Assembly: GCA_000091205.1 (NCBI GenBank)
Contig: AP006490.2
Strand: one strand, 5' to 3'
DNA from: Cyanidioschyzon merolae
Lineage: Eukaryota
Length of the DNA: 64,000 bases
In this document: positions 1 through 13,669 of the stretch, piece after piece
Layout: every line of letters starts with the position of its first letter
Position numbering within the stretch: the first letter of the stretch is position 1
Notes under the pieces: generated by a model
Databases searched by the model: none
Told to the model about the DNA's origin: nothing
Seen by the model: only the letters and a program-made list of their open reading frames with translations
Translations under genes and position numbers: made by a program

Positions 1-3000
1 CGTCCAAGTCGGCTGCGACCCGCCGCTGCGCTTCAGAATCCTCTTCAACTGAAGATGCCGATGCTGCTGACGTCGAAGACGATGAAGCAGAAGATGCCGG
101 TGGCTTCATCTCGCTACTCTGTGGCGCCTTGCGGGAAGCGCGTTGCATCGCCTCATGAACTCTCTGTCGTTTGGCAGAGGCTCGATGTCGACGACGACCG
201 CCAGGCGCACTGGAACCCGCGTCGTCTCGCTGCTCAAGACGCTGTGCCAAGTCCGCTTCGAGTTCAAGGGCCCATGCAGCAAGCATATCGTCCTGACCCC
301 GTCGATAACCGTGCTTCTCGGGGTTGCGCACAAAGTCTGGAATTTCGTGCTCCTCAAGCAGCGGCGGATAGTATTGCGACAGGTCTTGTAAGATGGGATC
401 GTGAGAATCGACGCCCCAGAGTCGCGCCAAGTACTCCCGATCTATCTGACAGAATATTTCGTACTCTTCATCGCTACGGGCCAGCAGACGATTGATCTCT
501 TCGAGCGTGTGAATACGCGCTCCCCGGCGTCGACCAGGATTCGCAGCAGCATCACCATCATCACCATCATCCTCATCATCTTCTTCTTCGACTTCGTTCA
601 TGGCAGACTCGCGTATTAAATGCCGTAAAAACGCTTCACGATCGCTGTCTTTTGCCTCTTGATGAAACATGCCCGCCCGAATGATTTTCTGCTCCAAGTC
701 CAGTTTCAGTTCGGCCTTGTCGAGGACGTGCTGCTCGACACTGCGCGCTGTGACGATACGCAGCACGCGTACTGCTTTCTTCTGACCGATACGATGGGCC
801 CGATCCTGGGCCTGTATATCCATCTGGGGATTCCAGTCCGAATCGAAGAGAATAACCGTGTCGGCTGTTTGGAGATTGACGCCCAAACCACCAGCCCGGG
901 TGGTCAACAGGAACACGTTGTATTTTGTACCTGGTCGGTTGAATTCCTGGACCAGCTCACGTCGCTCGTCGGCAGTGGTCAGTCCCTGCAGACGCAGGAA
1001 TGGAATATTGCGTGCTCTAAGGAGGCGCTCTTGCAAATCCATAATCCGCGTCATCTGATTGAAGATCAGGACCCTGTGGCCAGTGCGAAGGAGTTTCTGG
1101 ATACAGGAATCGAGGATTTGGAACTTGCCGGAGGCCCGCACGAGTTCGTTCACGCCGCCTTTTTCGTACTCGGGGTGGAAGAGGTACGGGTGGTTCACGA
1201 TCTTTCGCAACTGCATCTTGCTATTGCTGAGACGATCGTGGCGATGACGGCCGCTCTTGTCGGTGAACACCACGCGTTCATGACGGATTAACTGGCGATA
1301 GACGAGCCGTTGCCAAGCACTCATGTCGCAGAGAAAGAGCACTTCGCGCTTCTCCGGCAACTTTTCGCCTCCGCGAAGAATTTCGTTCTTAAGTCGTCGT
1401 AACAAGAACGGACGCAGCACCTTGTGCAGCCGGTTGATAATAAGAAGCGACTCCTCCTCGGTGAGCTCCAGATGTTCACCGGGCATCGTTGCGAACGGCG
1501 CATTGAACCAAGCCTCGAATGTGTCACAGGAGGAGAAAATCTGCGGCAGCAGGAAATTCAGCAGGGACCACAGTTCGGAAAGTGAATTGTGCAGCGGCGT
1601 TCCGGTTAAGAGCAACCTATTTCGTGAACGATACTTTTGACCCAGCACTTGGGCAAGTTTGCTCGCAGCGTTTTTGATGCGATGACCCTCGTCGACAATG
1701 ATATAAGACCAGATGATTTTGGAGAGGGCGGCTCGAGCGCGCAGTGCATACTCGTACGTTGTGAGCAGGATATGGAACGGAAAGCGCCCCGATGCGTCGC
1801 GCACGAAAAGCTCATTCGCTAGACGTCGTCGAGCGGTTCGATCGCCCTTGAAAACCGACACCTTGAGTGAAGGTGCCCAATGCGCCAGCTCGCTCTCCCA
1901 GTTGCTCACCGTCGAGAGCGGGACAACGATCAAAAAGGGGCCCTCATCCTGCTTGAACTCGATGAGATGACACAGAAGCGCAATGGTTTGAACAGTTTTG
2001 CCGAGGCCCATTTCGTCCGCAAGAACGCCATTCAAACGATTGTTGTACAGCGAGAGCAACCATTCGACCCCAACCAACTGGTAGTGTTTCAGCTCGCCAC
2101 CAGTTAGGAGCGAAGACTGATTCAGCACACGTTCTCGAACGCGATGCGCAAGTTCGTAGTAGCTATCAGCGGCTCGCTGGCCGGCCATGCTCGACGACGA
2201 CAACGACAACGACGACGCAGGGTCAGCAGCATCCGCTGCACGATCCGTCAAAACAGAACGATTCTCGCTTACAATGGCTCCGAGCTGCCGCAAATAGTCG
2301 TCGGTTTGTTCCAGAATCAATTTCAATCGTTCATTCTTTGTATTCTGCACCAGTGCACGATACGCCTCTTCGTTGTTCTCGCGAAGCGCCTGAATCCGTC
2401 GCCGTTCCTCTTCGCGTTCGCGTCGTTGATCAGACCTTTCGCGTTCCTCAAAAAAGCGGTGAATCTCGCGATTCAAACGTAGACGATTCCTCGTTTTCTC
2501 TTCCCGAAAGAACGCACGGAATGACGTTGCGTATTCTTCAACCGCTCGCCACATGGAGAGCGTGTGACGGCGTTGCTCGCGCTCGTCTGCTTCGCGAGCC
2601 CGTCGTTCCTCGCGTTCATAGCGGGCCAGCTCGCTGCGTATCCGTTTTTTCGAGAGACGGCCATGGCTACTGGCATTCGATCCGCGTGCTTCGGTACCTG
2701 CTTCGAGAATACGCTCCCGAATTCGCTGCTGGAGGCGGAGCAAGCGAAGCATGGCATGGCGTATCCGCACGTGCACATAGGTGCGCACCAGATGTTCGGG
2801 AATTGGGGCTGCGTCTTGTGTATACGCTGCCCGGAATTCACTTTCCAGGGCATGCAAAATGGTATCCAGCGCTCGTCGTGCTTCATTGAGGCGATGATGA
2901 ACTTCTCGGTCGCGCTCTCTGCATACCAGAATCGGATCGAGCGGGGGTGGTCGCGAGAGCTCGACTCCCTGTGCATTCATCACCTTGCCAACGGGTAGCC

Positions 3001-3866
3001 ATCGTTCTCCGGAGCATTGCGCACACACCTGCTCCGTATACTGCGCCTCTGATGATGCAAGGGCGGCCTCAGCTGCGTAAAGCTCTTCCCATTTCGGAAA
3101 TTCGCTCTGACATTGCTGTTCGATTTCGGTCATAACCTGTAAGCATTCTTCTGTGGAAGGCATCCGGGTGCCGTCCGGGAAGCGTCCACAAATCAGTCCG
3201 GTTACCATCGCCCGACGGAGTACGGCTGGTAGTACAGCGCCTGTTCGACGGAACACAGCACGAGGATGCCTTCCAGCGGCGGTGGCAGCTCGAGCTGCAG
3301 CCTCTGCGAGACGCAGGTAACGTTGCGCTTGTAGCTGCAGCTGAAGCGCCTTCAGCTGCGGAAAGGTAAACGCTCCATGACGCTTAACGCATGCCTGAGC
3401 CGCCAGTAAGCGCAGTACTGTTTGATAAGGCCGGTGATACTGCAAGAGCAGTTGTCGCTGATCAGGCCCCTCGTCTGCCGAAGCATGGATTGTTTTCGCG
3501 ACCTGTTCGTTCGTGGGGGGTTTCGGTACGGCGCGAACGAAAGCAGCAAGTGAAAGTAGCGCGTGAAGCTGGTCAGCGTTGAGCGGCCGCCTTCGCCACA
3601 CGACTGTGGCCTCCGACTTTCGAGAGCCGGCCGCCAGCGACAATCCGGCTTGCACTTCCTCCAGCTTCTGCGCTGGTGCAGCAGTCGTAGATTCGTCAGT
3701 CTGAAACTTAGTACTGACCTGTGGTTTCCCGTCCTCAGCGCACTCGTGATTCGTGCCTTGTTCCTGGTTCCCCAGGGGTTTCGTGGCCGGCTCCGCAGCT
3801 GCATTCGCCTGCCATACAGGTTGTACGTCCCGCTGCGAGCCAGAGCTACTTGGTGTCGCCTGCATG
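1..3866 (-). CDS. SWI2/SNF2 (Snf2/Brm-type) chromatin-remodelling ATPase, 3' end runs off the window start; the first in-frame ATG after an upstream stop is at about 3866
   Basis: Hand translation of the minus strand gives one uninterrupted frame from about 3866 down to position 1. It contains a QLQ-like segment (GAFTFPQLKALQLQLQAQRYL), an HSA-like basic region, a DEXH box (IIVDEGHRIKN), LLLTGTPLHNSLSELWSLLNFLLP, and helicase-C motifs (LLTTRAGGLGVNLQTADTVILFDSDWNPQMDIQAQDRAHRIGQKK). It is absent from the ORF track only because the stop lies outside the window. The plus-strand ORFs between 659 and 3135 are its antisense shadows. Confidence 0.85.
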
Positions 3867-4769
3867 CGACACCGTCAGCCTCGTCCACAACCTGGTTACA
3901 AGTCAATAGCCGCACAAGTCGCAATGTGATCGCCACCACCCCGCTCAATGGAAGCACAGTCAAAAGCAGAATAGCGCTCTGCGAAGACGGCAGGCACTCG
4001 TGCCGAACACTGACATGCGCTGTGCCGTCGTTGCCGCGATCGCCGTGCACTGTGATGGACACGTGTTGCCGGTGCGTCTGCGCCAGTGCACTGCTTTCTT
4101 TTCATGACAACATGGTTATATGGATCATAGATTCCAGTTTGCGGTTTGGATAATGGTAATCAAGAAAGCGTCCGTTATGATACACTTTACTTCCAAGTTC
4201 CATCTCTCATGCTTCCTCTGGGATACACTGGTCATTTCGTACGTTCTATCGTGTGCCAAGTGCCTGTCTTGCTGTACCCGTAATAGCAGATATGAAGCCG
4301 GAGCAGATGCATGACGAAGACAGAGCGGCTTTTGCTATATTACTGAGGGCATCGGAACGAGGAACGCTTGATCTGACACGGAGTCGGCGCTCATAATCAT
4401 TCTAGGAACGAGCAAGTTGTGCTGATAGCCTTACTGCCCGCAGCAGCTCGAGGCGATGGTAGAGGAGTCCACTGCGACCAGGGCGATACCCAGACGCAGC
4501 CAAACCGCCCCTGGTTCCAGAATGAATTGCGTGTCGGACGAGTTGCTGCTCAGGTCTATTCACAGCACTAGGTACTGGGAAGGTCAGGAAGCACTGGTCT
4601 GGCAGACTCGTCCGGCTCGCAGGACACGCCGCCTGGAAGGGACACGATCGACAATTCGGAAACCTGTTCCCTTTTTTAAAGTTTATCGTTGAGAGGGAGA
4701 GAAATTGTTATTTCGTTGCTACCTAGACGCTACTCTCTGTTCTTTGTTCCATATAGTGCGGTCGATACA

Positions 4770-7545
4770 CGCACCTCCATATCTGGGAGGCGTGAGAAAC
4801 GAAGCGCATCTGGCCGTTGAAGGGAAACGTGATACTAAACATGCGCGTGTTATTCTAGCGTAGAAGTTGTATTTGCGTTGAAGTCGTAGCAAAGTATAGT
4901 TTTTCAGTTAAATTGTGTTTCAACCCTCAGCTTAGTGTCTTCAAGTGATTTTCGCGGTTTATAGCAGAAGCGTTCAAGGTGCGTTCTATTTCAAAAAATA
5001 AAAAAATATGGAAAAGGATGTGGAAGATTCTGGAGCACAGGTAGCGCCGGCGGCAAGGAAAAAAAAGATAAAAAATGGCGGAGCAAAGAGGATCAGGAGA
5101 AGACGAAGAAGCTGCACGCGGGCGACAGTACGACGAGATCGTGACGAAAGCCTGTCTCTTTCAACATATCAAGGCTCCCTGCATGCAAAAGTTGCGAGAC
5201 GTCATCAGAAATTGTGTCGATTCATACCCCGGCAGTGTTCGTAACGCTTCTTTAGGACTGATGCATATTCCGAGGGAGAGATATCGCGATGTGACGGACA
5301 TCAGAACAGTTGAGGTTTCGGAAGAGTTTTTCGACAAGACCCTAATTCGTCACCTGATACTTGGCACAGGGGAAACGTCGACGAAAAATGAGCTCGTGCA
5401 TGCCCTCCACGAAAACTTCGCCGAATACGGCTGAAACTGTACTCGGTATCGGGATGACTCGCCTATTTACTGCTACGGAGCGATGAAGTGCCTCACGAAC
5501 CTGTAGAGCCACGTGATCGTGAACCTCAAACGCTTCATGGTACGCTCCGTCTTTGCACTGTACCCGGGACTGTTTCGCAAACGAATATGGGCGATTACCA
5601 ATGGAATCACGAACGATCGACAGGATGAAGATGAGATCGAATTCGTCGACAAGAAGACATCACGCAGAAGAAAGGATGAAGCTTCTGTAATCCGTGCGGC
5701 TATACAAGAGCACCGTGCGGTACTGAGGCTGGCGAATCCAGCAGACAAGATATCAGAGTTGAAAAAAGATACTGAAAGATACGAACGCATCGTCCTGTGG
5801 TATTTCGTATTTCTGGACCAAGAGCTCGAACGCAAGGCAGAGGTGAAGCTGAGTGTAGAGACAAATGAAGCGTGGGAGAGACGGAAGGCTGTCCTAATGG
5901 GGAAGCGCTTCGACGTGGTTCCAATGTGCAATAACAAGTCACATTTTGTGACTATTGACTCCACAGTCCTTCATGGCATCATGAAGGAGATCTGTCCAGA
6001 GTTCGATGCTAGCATGGAGGAGTTCTCCGGTGAAAACCGGGAGACGTACTGGAAGAATATCTTCGATTTCAAACGTCTCAAAGTGAGCAAACAAAAGGTT
6101 TTCACTGGGTTGATCGAAACCGATGGAGTAGCCTCGTGTATACACTATCGGCGGTTGAAGAAAGATCGGCCAGTTCCGCCCTCGGCTGCGCCCGTGACGA
6201 AGGATGAAGAAAACAAAGAGGAGGATCATGTGATGCAGGAGGTGGAGGATTACGATATTGTCGTTGACATGACGAAGCATGAAAAAAAGGAGGCGGCTGG
6301 TCCGGCGACTCAGGAGGTAGAGGATAACGGCTTTATCGTTGGCGCTGCGAAGCATGAAGATGAGAAGGAGGCGGATCTCACGACGCAAGTGGTGGAGAAT
6401 AACGACTTTGTCGTTGGCGCGACGAAGCAGGAAGGTGAGAAGGAGGCGGGTCCTGCGACGCAGCAGGTGCATGAGAAGCGCGTTGTCGTTGGCGCGACGA
6501 AGCATGAAGAAAAGAAGGAGGCGTATCCTGCGACGCAGAAAGTGCAAGATAACGACTTTGTCGTTGGCGCGGACCCCGGTAACACAAATGTCATAACCAT
6601 CGCTGCACCGAAGCGTGCGGAAGATGGTACTGGTGGTAACTTTTGTTAGAGAGACATGCGTCTGTTGAGGTTCTCGAGAGCGAGATACTATTGAGAATCG
6701 GGAATCATGAATGCGAGGAAGAAAATCGAGACGTGGAATGCAGGAATGAAAGATCACCTGGAAGCTTTGAGCGAGGTGACGAGCCGCGGGACGGACTTTG
6801 AAGCTTTTCGGAAATTCATGGAAGTTCGCATTGCTCACTGGGATGCGCTGTGGGAAGAATATACAAAGTCCCGCTGGGCTCGTTTGTGAATGAATTTGTA
6901 TTGTGGTAAGCGGCGGGCGTTCGCGAATTTTTTCAATGAGTTGAGCGCCCTCAAAGAGGATCAAAGTCAAGGGGTCGTAGTAGCGTATGGGGAAGGGCGC
7001 TGGGCGCCCAAGAAAGGGACTATGCCAGCTCCGACGACGAGGGTGTACAAAGAGTGCGCAAGGCGTTTCGTTACAATACCTGTAGACGAGTTCCCAACAT
7101 CGTATACACACCATGAACTGGGATGTACACTTCAGAGAGTGGAGATGGAAAAGTGCCAACGGAGCCCTGAGGAATTTGCAAAGTACGGACCGGTGACGGA
7201 GGAGCAAATGGAAAGGAGAGCGAAAGTGCGAGGATTGCTTGCATTGGTAAGTACAACGAATGACGGCAAGAAACGTATGGAGTTCGTGAACTGTAATTTT
7301 AACGCCGCAATCAGTATAAGCGGATGTGCGGTGCTGGAGGAAAGACCTCGAAAGTCCACAAGAGTGAACTTTGTTGGACAATCGCTCAAAGTAGAATTAT
7401 ATGAGACAAGATTGGAAGCAGTAGTAGGTGGCCGGTCCAATAAGACGGGGAGGCGTCTGCACGTCAGTCGAAGACTTTTCGTCCAGGGCGGGCTTCTCGC
7501 CACTACTGTACACCGCCGGCGACAACGTTTTTCTTTTGAAAGACG
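4770..7545 (+). mobile_element. TnpB/Fanzor-like element, copy A; degenerate, one frame 5075-7573 broken by five in-frame stops
   Basis: This copy aligns along its whole length with the element at 46680-49580 (left leader, coding region, and about 70 nt beyond the stop). The track ORFs 5075..5434, 5513..6649, 6707..6889 and 6890..7573 all lie in the same reading frame. They are separated only by stop codons: TGA at 5432-5434, TAG at 5504-5506, TAG at 6647-6649, TGA at 6692-6694 and TGA at 6887-6889. There are no frameshifts. RuvC-I is present ([11 protein letters not shown]). A TSxxC-like segment is present ([13 protein letters not shown]). The RuvC-III consensus is degraded, reading [11 protein letters not shown] where copy B has [11 protein letters not shown]. 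Confidence 0.7.
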
Positions 7546-7573
7546 TTTGCTGTTGCCGGTGACGGCTGCGTAA
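5075..7573 (+). pseudogene. TnpB/Fanzor-like RuvC nuclease pseudogene (copy A)
   Basis: Five premature stops in a single frame. Three lie where copy B has CAG, CGA and CGT. The RuvC-III Asp is replaced (RD to CN). Confidence 0.65.
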
Positions 7574-7637
7574 AGCTTTCAGGGAATCACAGAAGAGGGC
7601 TTGCTTTGGTGCTGTGCAACCACGTTCTAGATCGTGA

Positions 7638-9431
<1,794 letters not shown>

Positions 9432-9808
9432 AACTGAAAGGTATCGCTACGGGCCGGGGTTCGCAACGCGTCCATGGCACACGAGTTTGCCCCCACAGCA
9501 CGTCTGTCGAAGAGACGCGTTCGCAGGTTACTGTCCAAGCGCACAGATGCCGCAACTGGGGGCGCTGCCCGACACGACCGCTCGCCGCACAGCACCGAAA
9601 TGAGGGTTTGTGCGGGGTCAGCGCTCGATTGCGAGTGTGTCCCAACGCTCGTACCGCACTGGTCTACAAGTGCGTCACTCGTTCTCCTCGAGGCCGAGAC
9701 GGAAAAAGGAGTCCGAGATCATCAGTGGTCCTTGATCGTACCCAATGATCTAACCGTCTGCATCTATGTCAAAGTAACTCGTTTTGTCTCGAGGATGTTT
9801 CAAGAAGT

Positions 9809-10003
9809 TCAGAACACCTCGGGAGGCTGCTGAGTCGGCAACAGCCCAAAGCGCTTCTTCAGCGTGACCCGCTGCTTCGAGAACTTGTCATCTGGACTGA
9901 ACCGTGCCGGATGCGCCGATACAGTCGGCTCTTGGCACTTGGGACATAACTTTTGCAGTGTGTACCCGTGCTTTGGATCTTTTGAACACTTCATCAAGTA
10001 CAT
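9809..10003 (-). CDS. NOP10: H/ACA snoRNP subunit NOP10 (64 aa); the track ORF 9809..10117 carries a spurious N-terminal extension
   Basis: [56 protein letters not shown] matches NOP10 nearly residue for residue ([26 protein letters not shown]). The stop is TGA. Confidence 0.85.
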   Translation of the reverse strand: MYLMKCSKDPKHGYTLQKLCPKCQEPTVSAHPARFSPDDKFSKQRVTLKKRFGLLPTQQPPEVF

Positions 10004-12101
10004 GGTATCGCCCAGCTGCCACGAACGATGGAGGCTAGCGCGTCCTCGTTTTGGGTAGCGCGCGTGCGCTGCGCGGCCGCGTCGACATGCGACACGCTCC
10101 TGCCACGAGTTGATCAAAAGCCTCGCTCTAGGTACCTCAAAAAGCTTTTGCGGACCGCAAGACGTGCAGCGACGCAGCGCCTGTAATCCAAGATCGATAG
10201 GCTGGAAGTCTTCAAGGAGAAGCTGAAGCCGGCAGCATGCGGCCGGTCAAAGAAAGGCCCGGAGGCGTCTCTAAGTGCGTATTCATGTACATTCAATAAC
10301 GTACCATAAACGTCAAAGGAAGGGAAGACCTTTCCATATTGTCGAAAGTTTACCGCCTAGGCGGAAGGTCCGCGAGCCGGACGAGTGTGCTGCGCTAGTG
10401 CTTTATCCTTCCTCCAGTGGCAGGTGCTGTGGCGAGACCTGCACAGCTCGTCTGCAACGCATTTCATTCTGGGACTAGACACAGTAAAGCCGCATATGGG
10501 CGTCGCCCTGGTCGCAGTGGACTCTTAGCATATCGCTTCGCGCTGTAGCAGGCAGTACGTCTGCATGTACAGCTTGCAGGCTCCCAGAATGATTACGTAC
10601 CCCGACCCCGTGTCGCATGAACCAAGCATCGAACCGACGCCCGCAGTGGTACGGAAAAGCCGTTCTGTCTCCGTGCAGCACCTGATTCAGCGGTACAAGC
10701 GCCAAGGCGGGTGTTCACGGCAGGCAGTCGGCGCACGATAGAACGTACGAAACGACCAGTATACTCGGGAGGAAGTATGGGTAATGGAACTTGATGGTAG
10801 GTGCTTCATCGTGGACGCTTTCCCGAGAGCCATGATACATTCCGAATTCTGGGATCCGTGGTCAATGTAAACGTTTTGCCATCTGAAGCAAATGGTGTTG
10901 ATTGTTCTTCCTGAGCCTACCATACCGCGCGGTACCAGGGCGCTGCACTGTAGATGCCTGAGTTTGGCTGGTGCCTCGCGAGTGGACGCGTGTAAGGTCG
11001 CTCGCTTCGCTGGTTGCCGCTCGGCATGGACTGCTACAGACGTTGCGGCAAATGGATCGATCCGGTGAAGAGCAGCGATGATCGTTGGGGATTTTGAAGA
11101 CACATCTATGATTAGAATCGTAAGGAGATAAAGCATCTGAAAAATGGCTGGGAGTATGCTCCATTCATCGATCGTGTGTGGTGGCAGGTATTTTGTGCAG
11201 CGAGGTGAGCGCGCGTCATCAGCCTAGAACTTGCACCGGGGAGCGTTCAAGTCCGATGCATTCTGAACAGAGCCGGGGGCTTGTCACCTCCGTCGGTCGA
11301 GTTATTGATGAGCACGATACGCGTAAATGCGCTGCGAATCGCCTTCGGATCCTTGCTTGACCTTCGCAGCTGCCACCAATATCCGCTCTAAGGCAAGTCC
11401 GACGCTGGCATTCCAGAAAAGCAATGCGAGCTTATTGGGCAGCGATCCTGGCCCCGCGTATCTCCTCGCGCTATGCCTGTTAGCAATCCTAGACTGGCAT
11501 TCCAGCAAAGTTTCATACATTCACTGAGTACGAGTTGGGGGCCTCGCGCATCGGTGCCTTCCCGGCATCGTAACCACTGCCACGAGAACGACAGCTGCCT
11601 TGCGCCGATGCCCGCGACGAACGTCGAAGCTGTTGCGTGTCTGTCGGAAGCTTATATTGATGTATCCAGCGCTGTGGCAAGTGTCTGGGCTAGGCTCGAA
11701 GTTCGTGGGGTCACAGAAGCGGGTGCAAATGCCAGGAGCCGTCACTGCCGTTTCTCAGCGGAGCGACTCGAACCTGCTTCCGCAAATAGCGCCCATTGCC
11801 TAGCACGGCACATCGCTACGCATGCAATCGACTGGTGAAGATGGGCCTCTCGACAGGCTATGTGCTCGCTGACGATGATTTCAGAGGCCTCGAAAAATTA
11901 GCGTTGAAGGACGACAGGGAAGCATACTTGCCTAGGGCAAGCAGCATACTGTGGATAGGGACGGAGCAACTGAATCCGTTTCTCTGGTGCATCCCGGAGA
12001 CAAGCAGGTAGGCAACCAGCCAGGCGTTTAGGTAGGTATTTAAGCAGACATGCAGAGACACATACACTCTGATGCACTCGTATCCGATTCAAATGGTACG
12101 A

Positions 12102-12868
12102 ATCCACTAACTTGGACGAAGGCAATAAAGTTTGATTCTCTTATCACTGTCATAAATACTAGCCTTCATGGACGATTTATGCGACTGCTTCGATTCACGC
12201 GCTCCTAGCTCCGGCTTTGAGTACGCTGGCCTCCCTGCCTGCCTATCCAACTCCGTTGCAAATAGTCACAGCATGTTGGTGGCAGCGTTCAATTACCGAT
12301 GCTGATGCTTCCAGATGTTTTCGACGCATTTCACGCACAGGCAGTACCCAGCATCTGCGCTTCGCTTGCCATTGTGATCTTCATTTCGTTCAGCGTCGGT
12401 GCGCCGGTCGAAGCGACGACGCTCGGCCTTGGTCAGGTGTTCCCGGACGTCGACAATGCTCCGTCTCCCGAGATCCACGCTGTGGCACATGAAGGTTCGC
12501 TTCATGATCCGGGATATGCGCATCACTGGGGCAGAGGACGCTGCTCGATGCCCCGCCTCGTTACCTAACTCGGTGCATCACCGACATAGGATTACCGGCT
12601 TCATCTGAGCGACCCGTCGATGGTTTGGCGTCGCCATTCTACGGAGGATTTCTGGAACACGATGATTTGCATGACGGAACGAGTACCGGACGGCAGTCCA
12701 GGTTGGGTACGAAATTTCCAGAGATTCCGATCCTTCTGGGCATTGCTGGAGCACAGCGGATATGCCGTCGCGAGTCTACACGAATGCTGCAACGACTCAA
12801 GTGTGGTCCTTGTACCCTTTGCCACGGAAACCGAAGAGACGGCATCCTCTTGGTGCATATCCTGTGAC
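12102..12868. repeat. Dispersed direct repeat, copy 1 (about 766 bp, non-coding)
   Basis: About 99% identical to 15808-16572. It begins at atccactaacttggacgaaggcaataaag and ends at ggtgcatatcctgtg. The internal ORFs are duplicated and have no recognisable protein features. Confidence 0.9.
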
Positions 12869-13669
12869 AGGTAACCTGTGGATGCTGTCGGATGTCGCCA
12901 CATGGGTTGCCACGAAATGAGCAGGGATTTATACATCGAACCGAACCGATCACGTGACGTGGCAAGTGGAGCAAACTTCTGGCTTGAGCATACCCCCCAA
13001 TTCGTGAACGACGGACGTCGAGGTTTTTCTCTTCGCCGGCCCAGCTGCGGGAATACCTGCGCCCACGACTTGCCTCGAAATAGAAAGAACGAAACCATGG
13101 AGAATGCCTCATTGGGGCATGAAACACGTAACGATAGGAAAAGAGTCCAGGCCTGCACGTATGTACTGGATCGTGGTATCCATTGCTTGGCGAACGCGTG
13201 TTCAAAGCAGTCGGGAATCATCTTGATTCCGGTGACGTAAAGAGTTCCAGCGGCGCAACATCGAAGCAGCCGTTCGCAAATGAACACCGAGCGTCCCTGA
13301 TTTACACATAGGAATCCCTAAGCCCCTACTGTCGTCGTTCCAGTATCGATACTACACAACGAAACAAAAAGTGCGGCAAATATCGCGAGGCACAACCTGG
13401 GCAAGCAGTTCCGGGCACGTTCGGCATCGGATACGTGTGTCCACCCTCTAATAGAGACATTTATGAACATTAGAGACATGAAACGGAACGCCACGCGCCC
13501 GGCGCATTCGAACGCGCGAATCTGCGTCAGCGGCGCACGCGCATCGCACACAGCCGTTGCGCATGGCGGTGTGCGCTGGCCTGGTGCAGCGGCATCGTGA
13601 ACGCCTGCTTCCATACGCTATCGGGCGCTGGACGCTCCTGCCCACTACAGGGACGCTGGACTGTAACTC

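Noticed and set aside
659-3135. Plus-strand ORFs 659..1291, 1323..1640, 2338..2889, 2564..2998 and others as genes
   Set aside because: They are antisense to the uninterrupted SNF2 ATPase frame on the minus strand and show no protein-like motifs. The real gene is missing from the track because it runs off the window.
11730-11800. Possible tRNA gene (GGTTCGAGTC-like T-loop on the minus strand)
   Set aside because: I could not fold a T-stem: the flanking 5-mers are not complementary. No acceptor or D arm was recognisable.
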